Source: Octopus vulgaris (lineage: Eukaryota). Taken from it: DNA of 64,000 bases. The stretch is from contig OX597823.1 in assembly GCA_951406725.2 (NCBI GenBank), forward strand, positions 55,924,001-55,988,000, in the 5' to 3' direction. Below the pieces are notes generated by a model, which was not told the origin of the DNA, made no database searches, and saw only the letters and a list, made by a program, of their open reading frames with translations. Shown piece after piece: positions 1-12,610 of the stretch. Made by a program: the position numbers and the translations under genes. Positions within the stretch are counted from its first letter, which is position 1, and every line of letters starts with the position of its first letter.

Positions 1-106
1 GCAATCAAGGAGCGCACGCTCATTCATACATACATTTACAAAGATACATGAAGCTAATGATATAAATCGTACACGTACATACATACACGCATACACACAC
101 ACATAT

Positions 107-191
<85 letters not shown>

Positions 192-256
192 GATCTATAT
201 ACATATATACCGACATAGATACTCATACATTTATATATATATGTATATATATATAT

Positions 257-510
257 GAATTTGTACGCGTATATGTATAATTGTACACATATACACACAT
301 ACATATATATATATGTATATACATATATATATAAAATTGAACATATATATATATATATACGAAATTGTACGCGTATATGTATAATTGTACACATATACAC
401 ACATACATATATATATATGTATATACATATATATATAAAATTGAACATATATATATATATATATATATATATACGAAATTGTACGCGTATATGTATAATT
501 GTACACATAT

Positions 511-567
<57 letters not shown>

Positions 568-600
568 CATATATATATAAAATTGAACATATATATATAT
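257..600. repeat. Tandem triplication of a ~105-120 bp unit embedded in (TA)n
   Basis: gaa(a/t)ttgtacgcgtatatgtataattgtacacatatacacacatac...aaaattgaac occurs three times (~257, ~361, ~475), separated by (TA)n of variable length. Confidence 0.9.
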
Positions 601-1002
601 ATATACAGAGAGAGAGAGAGAGAGATACATACATACATAGATACATGCATATATACGTACACGTACGTACGTACATACATACATACTTACATACATATAT
701 ATACATGTATGTATGTATTTATGTACAAGCACACTGATGCAAATATGGGTATATATTGATGCATATAAAATATATAGACACTTACACAGGTATGGCAGCA
801 CCTGCCTTTCCTCTCTACTTAGAATTCAGACGCTCGATGTTGGATATATTCAACGAGAAATTGTTGATTAAAGTAGACGCCCTAAACATGATTGCTTTTA
901 ATATAGATGGATTGTTACAAAGAAGCTAACCATGGATTGATACACATATGCGTATGTACGTGTATATACATTTACACACACACACACACACACATATGAC
1001 TA

Positions 1003-1039
<37 letters not shown>

Positions 1040-1232
1040 CATACACACACACATGACAAAAATATTGAGGTTTCTATCTATCTCTCTCTATATATATGTA
1101 TATACATCACCGTGATCACCGTGACCGATCAGGCTATGAGATGTTGCTACACATCGCTGGTCACAATGCGCTTCGCTTTGTTTTAACCTTCAAATGACGC
1201 CACCGCGCTGGCTAAGCGAGCAGGCCAATATA

Positions 1233-1274
<42 letters not shown>

Positions 1275-1621
1275 TAGTGTACATTTAAACACAAAAGAAA
1301 ACTATCCTTTAACAGGTAATTTTACATGCTAGAAATAGCAGCCAACACGGCCAAAACCACGATTTAATAGCAATTTTCGAGCCAAATGAAAAATAAAAAC
1401 TTTTACCTTGTTATTTTTATTAGTGGTTATATCATGGTTTCAAATTTCTTTAGCAAATAAGATTATTTGCCATCCTTTGATAGGTAATTTAGCAAAACAA
1501 TATTATCCACCAAGCAAATGCTCGTCAGTAACCGGCGTCAATAACTAACTTATAATTCTGAGACAAAATAACACGTGTCCCGTCATTATATGTTATAATC
1601 TTTCAAAATTACGTGCACAGG

Positions 1622-1660
<39 letters not shown>

Positions 1661-2063
1661 CATACTTTTACACTTCTACTCTTTTACTTGTTTCAGTCAT
1701 TAGACTGTGGCAATGCTGGAACACCATCTTAAAGGTTTTTAGTCAGAGAAACCGACCCCAGAACTTATTTTAAGCCAAGTACTTATTTTATCACTCTTTT
1801 GCCGAACCGCTAATTTACGAGGGACGCAATCACACCAACACCGGCTATACATATAAATATACACATGTATATACATACATAAATATTCTATAATTATAAA
1901 CATAATTATAATTAGGGCTCAGCTAATTGCTTCGCCACGCACCGAATTTAGCAATAGGAGCTAAAATACCTTTTCTACGACTGTAAAATTTCTCCTAAAC
2001 AATAACACTTTGTTTGCGCAGGGAAAAAGAAAAGATAACGATTCCACTCGACTCTGATTAGCT

Positions 2064-2113
<50 letters not shown>

Positions 2114-2116
<3 letters not shown>

Positions 2117-2308
2117 TCGCCATGATAGATCGGTAGCCACTACACACATTTTGTTTCTCTCCTTGTTTCTTTCTGTGTTCCTTTCTGTAGGAGAGCGCAG
2201 GCTCGAAACGTAAAAGACTTTTTCAATTCCTGAGCGTTATACTAATACATTTGTTTGTTTTCTACACCACCTGTCTTCGTCTTTTGTTTATTTTCGTGAA
2301 TTCTCCCT

Positions 2309-2310
<2 letters not shown>
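2114..2310 (+). mobile_element. Short (TA)n-flanked PLE 3'-end-like element carrying a degenerate hammerhead motif
   Basis: Flanked by (TA)n. cttt-CTGTAGG-a-gagc(gcag)gctc-GAAACGT-a-aaag at 2181-2216. Downstream cctgagcgt..ctaata motif shared with the 2354, 3069 and 25471 elements. Confidence 0.6.
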
Positions 2311-2353
<43 letters not shown>

Positions 2354-2359
<6 letters not shown>

Positions 2360-2972
2360 CCCGAAAAAGAAGAACAAAGACTAAAAATAAAAAACAACGC
2401 AAGGACGTGGTACATGTAAAGTATTAGCGGACGCTCAGGGAAGGAAAGAAAGATGGTTTAAAGTTTCGAGCAACGCTCTTCTTCAGAAACAGAGGAAAGT
2501 CCAATAGAAAGGAAGACGGGGGAAGAAAATCGTCAACGAATCACATGTGGTTACCATTTGAAATGACCGGAAGGGAATGGGTGTAGAAAAAGTTCTTTCT
2601 AAACAGGAGAGTGTAAGAGCAGGAGATATGTGTATGTATGTGTGGGTAAGTGCGTATTCGCAAGCCTGTGTGTTTGTGTGTGTAACAGAACGTGTACGTG
2701 TGTATGTGTTGTGTGTGCGATTTTGGCTGTTTATTTGTGTATGTGTCAGTGAACTTGGTGTCTTTTAATGAATTCGGCAGCATGGTAACAGGAGTGACGG
2801 TCCGTTTTGTAGTTGTGTGTCTCTTCACATGCGCGTAGATGAATGGTCAGAAGAAAGGTGTTTGACTGGCAGTTTGAAGTGTGTGCGCGTAAGTATGGGA
2901 GAATACTTGGCTCTCAATGTGACCAACAAATAGGTTGGCGTAATCGGGGTCCATTCTCGTTCCCATACGAAT
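2354..2972 (-). mobile_element. Internally deleted Penelope-like element (RT motif B fragment, EN C-terminal remnant, 3' end with hammerhead)
   Basis: Minus strand encodes MGTRMDPDYANLFVGHIESQVFS, like the PLE RT motif B (MG..MGP.YANLF.G), then HFKLPVKHLSSDHS. Hammerhead motif at 2456-2490. Ends in (TA)n. Confidence 0.7.
2456..2490 (-). ncRNA. Minimal type I hammerhead ribozyme motif (PLE type)
   Basis: Reverse complement: gttt-CUGAAGA-a-GAGC(guu)GCUC-GAAACUU-u-aaac. Helix I gttt/aaac, helix II 4 bp, canonical core. Confidence 0.7.
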
Positions 2973-3011
2973 ATGTTTGTATGTATAAATATAAAGACAC
3001 ACACACACACG

Positions 3012-3068
<57 letters not shown>

Positions 3069-3072
<4 letters not shown>

Positions 3073-3273
3073 AATGTGACCGCGTGTGTACCGTTGGCGA
3101 TTTTTTCCTCTGTCTTCCCTTCTCTGGATCTTTCCTTCTCCTATGTTTCCGACGAAGAGCTCCGCTCGAAAGGTTAAACCCTCCTTCTTTCTTTCTTTCC
3201 TGAGCGTCCAATAATACTATATTTGTTCCTCGTCCTCGCGTTGTTGTATTTTTTTGTGCTTTCTTGTTTGGAT

Positions 3274-3280
<7 letters not shown>
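3069..3280 (+). mobile_element. Short (TA)n-flanked PLE 3'-end element with hammerhead variant (mirror copy 3896-4106, minus strand)
   Basis: gttt-CCGACGA-a-gagc(tcc)gctc-GAAAGGT-t-aaac at 3145-3179. Homologous to 2354-2560. Confidence 0.65.
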
Positions 3281-3315
<35 letters not shown>

Positions 3316-3590
3316 AAAAGCAATTAAGATTCAAGTCGATTCTAATGAATTTACTTGAATGCGGTACTTAACTTAGATGCACCAGAAAACTATATGGTGT
3401 TAACCATACAGTAATGTGGGGTGATTATAAACGAGAAAGAAGCAACAAGAATGGATTAGTTTTTAGTACAATTGTTTCATACAAAGACAGGCTTTATTAA
3501 AAGTTGCAAATATTTGCAACTTTTAATAAAGCCTGTCTTTGTATGAAACAATTGTACTAAAAACTAATCCATTCTTGTTGCTTCTTTCTC

Positions 3591-3649
<59 letters not shown>

Positions 3650-3840
3650 CAACTTTTAATAAAGCCTGTCTTTGTATGAAACAATTGTACTAAAAACTAA
3701 TCCATTCTTGTTGCTTCTTTCTCGTTTATAATCACCCCACATTACTGTATGGTTAACACCATATAGTTTTCTGGTGCATCTAAGTTAAGTACCGCATTCA
3801 AGTAAATTCATTAGAATCGACTTGAATCTTAATTGCTTTT

Positions 3841-3900
<60 letters not shown>

Positions 3901-4102
3901 ATCCAAACAAGAAAGCACAAAAAAATACAACAACGCGAGGACGAGGAACAAATATAGTATTATTGGACGCTCAGGAAAGAAAGAAAGAAGGAGGGTTTAA
4001 CCTTTCGAGCGGAGCTCTTCGTCGGAAACATAGGAGAAGGAAAGATCCAGAGAAGGGAAGACAGAGGAAAAAAATCGCCAACGGTACACACGCGGTCACA
4101 TT

Positions 4103-4164
<62 letters not shown>

Positions 4165-4169
<5 letters not shown>

Positions 4170-4815
4170 TTAGATAAAACTTAGATATGTTTCGACCAGA
4201 GATTGGTCCAGGCCATGTCTAACTTAATAGCACCACCTGATAGGATTATTCGAATCCTGTTTAAGTCAAGTTTTGTTCAAGTAGTGAGTTCTTGTTGGGT
4301 GAGTTGTATCCAGTTTTGTTCAAGTAGTGAGTTCTTGTTGGGTGAGTTGTATCCAATTATGGGTGGCTTATCTGGTATTCTTTGAAGGAATCTATCCAGA
4401 CTCTGTTTGAAGTTGATGGGATCCTTTTCCTCTTTGATCTCCCTCGGGACAATGTTAAATAGGGCAGGGCCTGTTGAGGAAAAGAAATTATGTTGCACTG
4501 TACATGTATGTTGTGATCTTGAATTTGGCAGGGGACGTATAGCCCGTGGTCCAAGTCTCGGATGAACCTTGAAGCTAATGTTTAGGTCGTTTGGGCAAAG
4601 TTGGCGGTATATTTTCCACATCGTACAAATGATGTACCGCTCACGGCGACGCTGGAGGGAGTAAAGTTTCAAAGCTTTAAGGCGATCCCAATAGTCGAGA
4701 GCAGCCATGCCTTCAATTTGTTTAGTGAGAGCCCTCTGGGGTGACTCAATTCTGGAGATGTTTTGTCTTGTGTGAGGAGACCACAGTGGGCAGCAGTATT
4801 CAAGGTGTGGCCGTA
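4165..4815 (-). mobile_element. 5'-truncated CR1-group (CR1/L2/Crack-like) LINE, RT C-terminus and 3' end
   Basis: VRPHLEYCCPLWSPH...IESPQRALTKQIEGM..LDYWDRLKALKLYSLQRRRERY is the typical post-RT motif. 43-bp tandem duplication at 4269-4354. Confidence 0.85.
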
Positions 4816-5241
4816 CATATATATATATATATGTGTGTGTGTGCGTGTGTGTGTGTGTCTTTATATTTATACATACAAACATATTCGTATGGGGACGAGA
4901 ATGGACCCCGATTACGCCAACCTATTTGTTGGTCACATTGAGAGCCAAGTATTCTCCCATACTTACGCGCACACACTTCAAACTGCCAGTCAAACACCTT
5001 TCTTCTGACCATTCATCTACGCGCATGTGAAGAGACACACAACTACAAAACGGACCGTCACTCCTGTTACCATGCTGCCGAATTCATTAAAAGACACAAA
5101 GTTCACTGACACATACACAAATAAACAGCCAAAATCGCACACACAACACATACAGACGTACACGTTCTGTTACACACACAAACACACATGTATATATATA
5201 TACATATAGATATATATATACATGTATATATATATACATAT

Positions 5242-7126
5242 ACAATTGCAGCGTGGGAGGTGTTTATAAGCCATTTAAGAAACACACAAAAGCCGTTCGA
5301 TTCACTCCAACATTTAAGTTTAATTTGTCAAAATATTTTCGTCGCTAAAATCCGCGACCTGTTCACTGACAAAGTCCGTGCTGCATCTAAGAAAGTAACA
5401 GTTAGTTCGTCATATATATGTATGTACGTATGTATGTGTGTATGTATGCATACATGTGTGTATGTATGTACGTATTCATGTCCGCACATACGCCTGTGTA
5501 TGCATGTATGTATGTATGTATGTATATATGTATGTGTGTGTATAAGCACGCACATACACTCTATAAAACATAAAGTTATAAACCTGTAGCGATGGATGGA
5601 TGTAGAGTGACCACTCATCACAACGCTATCAAATTTCAACTCCCTACGGCCGAGGCTAGAAAGTGAATTTATGACGCTTGCTCACAAGAACTATACCCTA
5701 AAATCTATTATCAGATTTTTATCTCTATATCACAGAACTAATGTTTTACTATTGTTCGTATGTATGTATGTATGTGCGTATGTATGTATGTATGTATGTA
5801 TGTATGTATGTATGTATGTATGTATGTATGTATGTATGTATGTACATACGTACGCATGTGCGTATGTATGTATACGCGCCCGTATGCATGTGCCCATGTA
5901 TGTGTGTGTACATGTACGTGCGTATGTACGTGTGTATGCCCATACGTAGGTATGTATGTATGTTTGTATTCATGTGCTACGTATGTATGTGAGTGTCTAG
6001 GAGAATGGGCAGATGTGTCCGTGAGAGTGTGTACATGTGTATGTGTATGTGAACGTATGTCCGTGTACTGGCATGTGTCCGTCCAAGTTGTGTACATGAC
6101 TGTTACTTAGCTGAAGGTTGTATACATATTTACATATATGTTTGTATAGACGCACACACATATATATATATGTGTGTGGGTGTGTGTTTGTTCCTCTCAT
6201 CGTCGTCTAACCGTGAATGGGTACAACGCCTAGGTGCGACTGTTCGTATCAAACAACGTCTGCTCATACCGTTGTATATAACTGCACATACGCATTGCAA
6301 CCTGTATGTAAGGACTACAGGTGAAAGGGAGAGAGAGAGGGGTGGTTATAGAATAGTCCTTCTGAATGGGATCTGGATGTTATTCCATTCGGACTTTCGG
6401 TTGAGAGTAGGTTTGTATTCTTGTATACAAACAGCTTCTGTGACCTGTCTCAACATTGCATCGGTGGGATGTGTAGATAGGATGTTCAACTTAAGCTCCC
6501 CTAAGGATCCCTTGTGGCAGTCTACAGCATGTTGGTAGAAGATGGAGTTTGGCTTCCTTTCAATGTAGTTGTCCAGGTGTTCTTTGAACCTATCATTGAT
6601 GCTTCTAGAGGTCTCACCTATGTATGACTCCGGGTTAGCCGCGCAAGCTCCCTCCTGGCACTTAATCTGGTATACAGTGCCCTTGGTTTTACAATTTACG
6701 TGTGGATTTGTCGAACACACTGCACAATTACTCTGACAGGTGATTCTATCAAATGGATATGATCTGCATAATGCCGATTTGATAGTCCTACCTGTCTTTT
6801 CTACAACTTTAACTTTTAGGCCCGTAGTGCGCAGGACTTTCTTGAATGCCTTACTTAGCTCGTTCATAGGTGTGGCGTCAACGAACATCACTCCGTGAAA
6901 TCTCCTGTTATCGTACCAAGTAACGTTTCTCATCTTTTTGTTGGTGTCCCTCTCTAACCTATTCCAGAACTTGTTGCGGTACAGGGGGCATATACCGTTT
7001 TCGTCGTTCCCTAGAATGCGTTCGAATCTAGCTTTCGCTCCTTTGTACACCCTGACTCTATCGTCTTGTGTGTATCCGGAACGTTGCATTCGGAATATGT
7101 AGTGCTGGATGTGTTGTTGTCGTTCT
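5242..7126 (-). mobile_element. Inverted copy of the PLE at 7181-9067 (left arm of palindrome)
   Basis: Reverse complement of 7181-9067 with a few SNP and microsatellite-length differences. Same GIY-YIG ORF (6346-7089). Confidence 0.92.
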
Positions 7127-7131
7127 AGTGG

Positions 7132-7961
7132 CAGACTTAGTTAGAGTAATGAGGAATGTATCACCACTATGCCAACCACAAGAACGACAACAACACATCC
7201 AGCACTACATATTCCGAATGCAACGTTCCGGATACACACAAGACGATAGAGTCAGGGTGTACAAAGGAGCGAAAGCTAGATTCGAACGCATTCTAGGGAA
7301 CGACGAAAACGGTATATGCCCCCTGTACCGCAACAAGTTCTGGAATAGGTTAGAGAGGGACACCAACAAAAAGATGAGAAACGTTACTTGGTACGATAAC
7401 AGGAGATTTCACGGAGTGATGTTCGTTGACGCCACACCTATGAACGAGCTAAGTAAGGCATTCAAGAAAGTCCTGCGCACTACGGGCCTAAAAGTTAAAG
7501 TTGTAGAAAAGACAGGTAGGACTATCAAATCGGCATTATGCAGATCATATCCATTTGATAGAATCACCTGTCAGAGTAATTGTGCAGTGTGTTCGACAAA
7601 TCCACACGTAAATTGTAAAACCAAGGGCACTGTATACCAGATTAAGTGCCAGGAGGGAGCTTGCGCGGCTAACCCGGAGTCATACATAGGTGAGACCTCT
7701 AGAAGCATCAATGATAGGTTCAAAGAACACCTGGACAACTACATTGAAAGGAAGCCAAACTCCATCTTCTACCAACATGCTGTAGACTGCCACAAGGGAT
7801 CCTTAGGGGAGCTTAAGTTGAACATCCTATCTACACATCCCACCGATGCAATGTTGAGACAGGTCACAGAAGCTGTTTGTATACAAGAATACAAACCTAC
7901 TCTCAACCGAAAGTCCGAATGGAATAACATCCAGATCCCATTCAGAAGGACTATTCTATAA
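7132..7961 (+). CDS. PLE ORF C-terminal part with uninterrupted GIY-YIG endonuclease (5'-truncated)
   Basis: VYQIKC...YIGETSR...R.KEH, conserved E (VTEAV) and N (PTLN). No stops or frameshifts. Confidence 0.8.
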
Positions 7962-8935
7962 CCACCTCTCTCTCTCCCTTTCACCTGTAGTCCTTACATA
8001 CAGGTTGCAATGCGTATGTGCAGTTATATACAACGGTATGAGCAGACGTTGTTTGATACGAACAGTCGCACCTAGGCGTTGTACCCATTCACGGTTAGAC
8101 GACGATGAGAGGAACAAACACACACCCACACACATATATATATATGTGTGTGCGTCTATACAAACATATATGTAAATATGTATACAACCTTCAGCTAAGT
8201 AACAGTCATGTACACAACTTGGACGGACACATGCCAGTACACGGACATACGTTCACATACACATACACATGTACACACTCTCACGGACACATCTGCCCAT
8301 TCTCCTAGACACTCACATACATACGTAGCACATGAATACAAACATACATACATACCTACGTATGGGCATACACACGTACATACGCACGTACATGTACACA
8401 CACATACATGGGCACATGCATACAGGCGCGTATACATACATACGCACATGCGTACGTATGTACATACATACATACATACATACATACATACATACATACA
8501 TACATACATACATACATACATACATACATACGCACATACATACATACATACGAACAATAGTAAAACATTAGTTCTGTGATATAGAGATAAAAATCTGATA
8601 ATAGAATTTAGGGTATAGTTCTTGTGAGCAAGCGTCATAAATTCACTTTCTAGCCTCGGCCGTAGGGAGTTGAAATTTGATAGCGTTGTGATGAGTGGTC
8701 ACTCTACATCCATCCATCGCTACAGGTTTATAACTTTATGTTTTATAGAGTGTATGTGCGTGCTTATACACACACATACATATATACATACATACATACA
8801 TACATGCATACACAGGCGTATGTGCGGACATGAATACGTACATACATACACACATGTATGCATACATACACACATACATACGTACATACATATATATGAC
8901 GAACTAACTGTTACTTTCTTAGATGCAGCACGGAC

Positions 8936-8985
8936 TTTGTCAGTGAACAGGTCGCGGATTTTAGCGACGAAAATATTTTGACAAA
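8936..8985 (+). ncRNA. Minimal hammerhead ribozyme motif with G3-C8 swapped core (mirror at ~5324-5373, minus strand)
   Basis: uuuguca-GUGAACA-g-GUCGC(ggauuuua)GCGAC-GAA-AAUAUU-U-ugacaaa: 7-bp helix I, 5-bp helix II, palindromic AAUAUU in place of helix III. Confidence 0.7.
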
Positions 8986-9125
8986 TTAAACTTAAATGTT
9001 GGAGTGAATCGAACGGCTTTTGTGTGTTTCTTAAATGGCTTATAAACACCTCCCACGCTGCAATTGTTTTCGTTTCAGCACACGATCTCAGATCAAATTA
9101 CTTGCTATGCGAGTACATCTCCGTA

Positions 9126-9196
<71 letters not shown>

Positions 9197-9270
9197 TATA
9201 GATACGTGTATATATATGTATATACAAACACATATGTGTATATATAATATAATATATATCTACATATATA

Positions 9271-9323
<53 letters not shown>

Positions 9324-9599
9324 ATATATATATATATATACACACATACATTCATATGTATATAACGATATATAACTAAAATTCATTTTAGTCCCTTGTA
9401 TTTCAATTTTTTCTTGTCCTAATATGAAAATGTTCCTTCATATCGACCACTTTGCTAACAAAATATTATTTAACAAAGATTTGGTAGCTAACTTCTTTTC
9501 TTCTCGAGCCGCTTGTTACGCTGGTAATGGGGAAATCAAGGGAAAGACATGGGCACAGGAGGAATACATGCATGTGTTCGTGTCTGTATGTGTGTGTGT

Positions 9600-9660
<61 letters not shown>

Positions 9661-10434
9661 AGGGTGCTCTTCGCCGAGTGTCTGTGAAAAAATTAGAGTG
9701 CTCAGAGTTAGCCCCGCCGGCTTGCATACGAAAAGCATACGACGGGCTTTTTTCAGTTCCAGTCTACAAAATCCACTCGCAAGGTTCTGGTCGGTCCGAA
9801 GTTATAGTAGAAGACATTTTCCCAAGGTGCCACACAGTTGGCCTCAACCTGGAACCATGTGGCTGGGGAGCAAACTTCTTAACACCCTGCCACGCAGACT
9901 TTTCGTCACAGGAAAACAACTGTGATGAATTTATACAATTCCAATAACGACAAGCATGGACAGCAATGTAGTTTTCTGGAGCTTTTTAGACTTTCCCATT
10001 CACTAATTTGCTGCTTACATAGAACATTGCCAAATGGTTTGCTTCACTCAAAGCAACTGCTTTTCTGCCAGCACAAAGTCCAAGAAATATAACGCTTACT
10101 GCTATTTTCAGTGAAATCTAAGTATGGAAGATGACTCTGTTGAAGGCTAAAAACATGAAGTTTGGCCTTATTCTTGGAAACGAATATGTTGTATTAGCGT
10201 ACAGAGAGTGAGAGAGAGAAAGATGAGTATTCAAAAGAATGGTGAGAAATAGGTAAAATTTGACTCATTCTTTCAGCTCTCCTGTTCCTTCACTGCACAT
10301 CTGACAAATACTGGTCTTTTTGCTTTCCTTCTTGCTATCTTTCTCCTTGCTTCTCTCTTTTTTGTCTCTCTCAATCTTTCTGTCTTTATCTATTTCTCCT
10401 TCTCCACCGCTCTCTCTCACTTCCTCTCTCCCCC

Positions 10435-10469
<35 letters not shown>

Positions 10470-11509
10470 TCTATCTATCTATCTCTCTTCTCTTTCTCTA
10501 GCCAACTAGAAAACTTTCTATATTGTCGCTCGACTACGCAGAAAAAATATCCTTGTTGACTTGAGGCGATGTAATTTTCTTAGCATCAAACTTTTCCCCC
10601 AAAAGGAAGAACAGCATTGTATACCTTGCTGATGTATCCACTATCAACATATCTACTAGCTATCTGGACATGCATTACATTTCTTCAAAAATCGTCTGCA
10701 CCAACACAACTGTTCGTTTCATTATCACCAATCGAGAAACACCTCAGCATTTTCAGAGCACATTTGGAAAATTAGGACTGTCTTATATGAACCACATGAA
10801 TTTAAGGTAAGATTAAAACCATGTAGCTCATGTCTCGCAGAGAAATTCTACATTATTCGTCATCTTAGGTAAATCTTAATCTGAATGGCTGATTTTCTAT
10901 TTACCCGTATTCTTCCCTGAGAATTTCAAAGAAAACATTTTCTCCATAACACATAGCAAATGACAACCGATAACCTACACTGCTTGCAAAGTCTAATTAT
11001 CGCCTTACTTCTAAAACCACTCACATATGCATTTCACTAAGGGAGTAAGCTCACATTTTCTTTTTGTTTGCAGAGAGCTCAGGGTTACATTATTCAACGT
11101 GGCTTTTTCTCAGACGGTAAAGTGTAATTTGGAGTTGTTTGACTACTACATTTAGCTGGCTTACTAACTACGGAGAAGCTACATTGCTATCTCGCCTTAC
11201 AAGCTGTTGTTTCACTCATGTGGATTTTACTTGCTGATGCTGAAGTGGTTCTGTGCTGTGGTTATATATGTGTGTGTTTATGACAAATAGAACCCAAACT
11301 AAAATAAAACGATTTAATGTTGTCTGGTAGCAGAGTAAGATGAAATTTATTAAATTGTCAATGTTGACAATCTAATGTCTAGAACGAGACAAGCTTGTCA
11401 ACATTCGATTTAATGAATTATCTGTGGTGTATGTTCAAAGGTATGTGTGTGTGTATATGTATGTGAGTGTGTGTTTGTGTGTGTATGTCTATTATATTAA
11501 GTGATAATT

Positions 11510-11545
11510 TTGCTACTGTTACTATTACTACTTGTGCTGCTATTA

Positions 11546-11585
<40 letters not shown>

Positions 11586-11632
11586 GGCTGCTACTGCTGC
11601 TGCTGCTACTGTTACTACTACTACTACTATTA

Positions 11633-11675
<43 letters not shown>

Positions 11676-11795
11676 GGCTGCTACTGCTGCTGCTGCTACT
11701 GTTACTACTACTACTATTACTACTACTACTACTACTACTACTGATGCTGCGGCTGCGGCTGTTGCTGCGGCTGCTACTGCTGCTGCTGCTACTGT

Positions 11796-11835
<40 letters not shown>

Positions 11836-12001
11836 GCTTGTGCTGCTGCTGCTACTACTACTACTGCTGCTGCTGCTGCTGTTGCTACTGCTGCTACTAC
11901 TACTACTTCTACTACAGCTTGAGCTGCAGCTGCTGCTATTACTACTACGCCTACTACTACTATTAGTACTGCTGCTGCTACTACCACTGCTAGTGCTGTT
12001 G

Positions 12002-12050
<49 letters not shown>

Positions 12051-12124
12051 TACTACTACTACTACTGATATTACTACTGCTACTACCACCATCACTACAA
12101 CTACCACCACAAATACTACCACTG

Positions 12125-12161
<37 letters not shown>

Positions 12162-12551
12162 CACCACCACTACTACTACCATCACCACTACTACTACCAC
12201 CACCACTACTACTACCACCACTACTACTACCACTGCAACTGCTTCTGCTGCTGCTCTTTGGTAGTGTTGCAGTTACTGCTGCAGTTGTTACTCAGCTGCA
12301 GCTGAATTGCAGTTGCTGTCAGTGAATCGCTTCAATTGTTGATATTACTGTTGCTGTTGCTGCAGCTGCAATTTCTGCATTTTTTTCTTGCTTTTTTTCT
12401 TCTTCTCTAGTTCCTTATTTATTTGTGATGTCTGCTTTTGTTGTTTTGTGGCCGCTATTATTCTCGCTGCCGGTGTTGTTATTGTCAATGTTGCTGTCGT
12501 TGTTGTTGCTGCTGCTGCTGCTGCTGCTGTTGTTGTTGTTGTTGTTGTTGC

Positions 12552-12587
<36 letters not shown>

Positions 12588-12610
12588 CGTCGTCGTCGTC
12601 GTTGTTTGTT
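11510..12610. repeat. Compound trinucleotide microsatellites (CTA/CTG/CCA, then GTT/GCT)
   Basis: Seen directly. Higher-order ~70-bp repeats at 11540-11830. Confidence 0.95.

Larger units (their letters stand above)
2668..5186. repeat. Compound palindrome: 2668-3511 mirrored as 3644-4107 plus 4815-5186
   Basis: Near-perfect reverse-complement identity. Perfect hairpin centre gcaaat|atttgc at 3511/3512 (3431-3592). Right arm interrupted at a (TA)n by a LINE fragment (4165-4815). Confidence 0.9.
7127..9067 (+). mobile_element. 5'-truncated Penelope-like retroelement (RT C-terminus, Cys linker, GIY-YIG endonuclease, ~1.1 kb 3' region)
   Basis: Open frame DLVRVMRNVSPLC...RMQRSGY...CQSNCAVC...NCKTKGTVYQIKC...C...YIGETSRSINDRFKEH...RQVTEAVCI...PTLN, stop at 7961. 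3' region contains (CATA)n and a hammerhead motif. Confidence 0.92.

Noticed and set aside
20-801. Long YI/YVCM/HTYI-type ORFs here and throughout the window
   Set aside because: Translations of (TA)n, (CATA)n and (CA)n microsatellites, which lack stop codons
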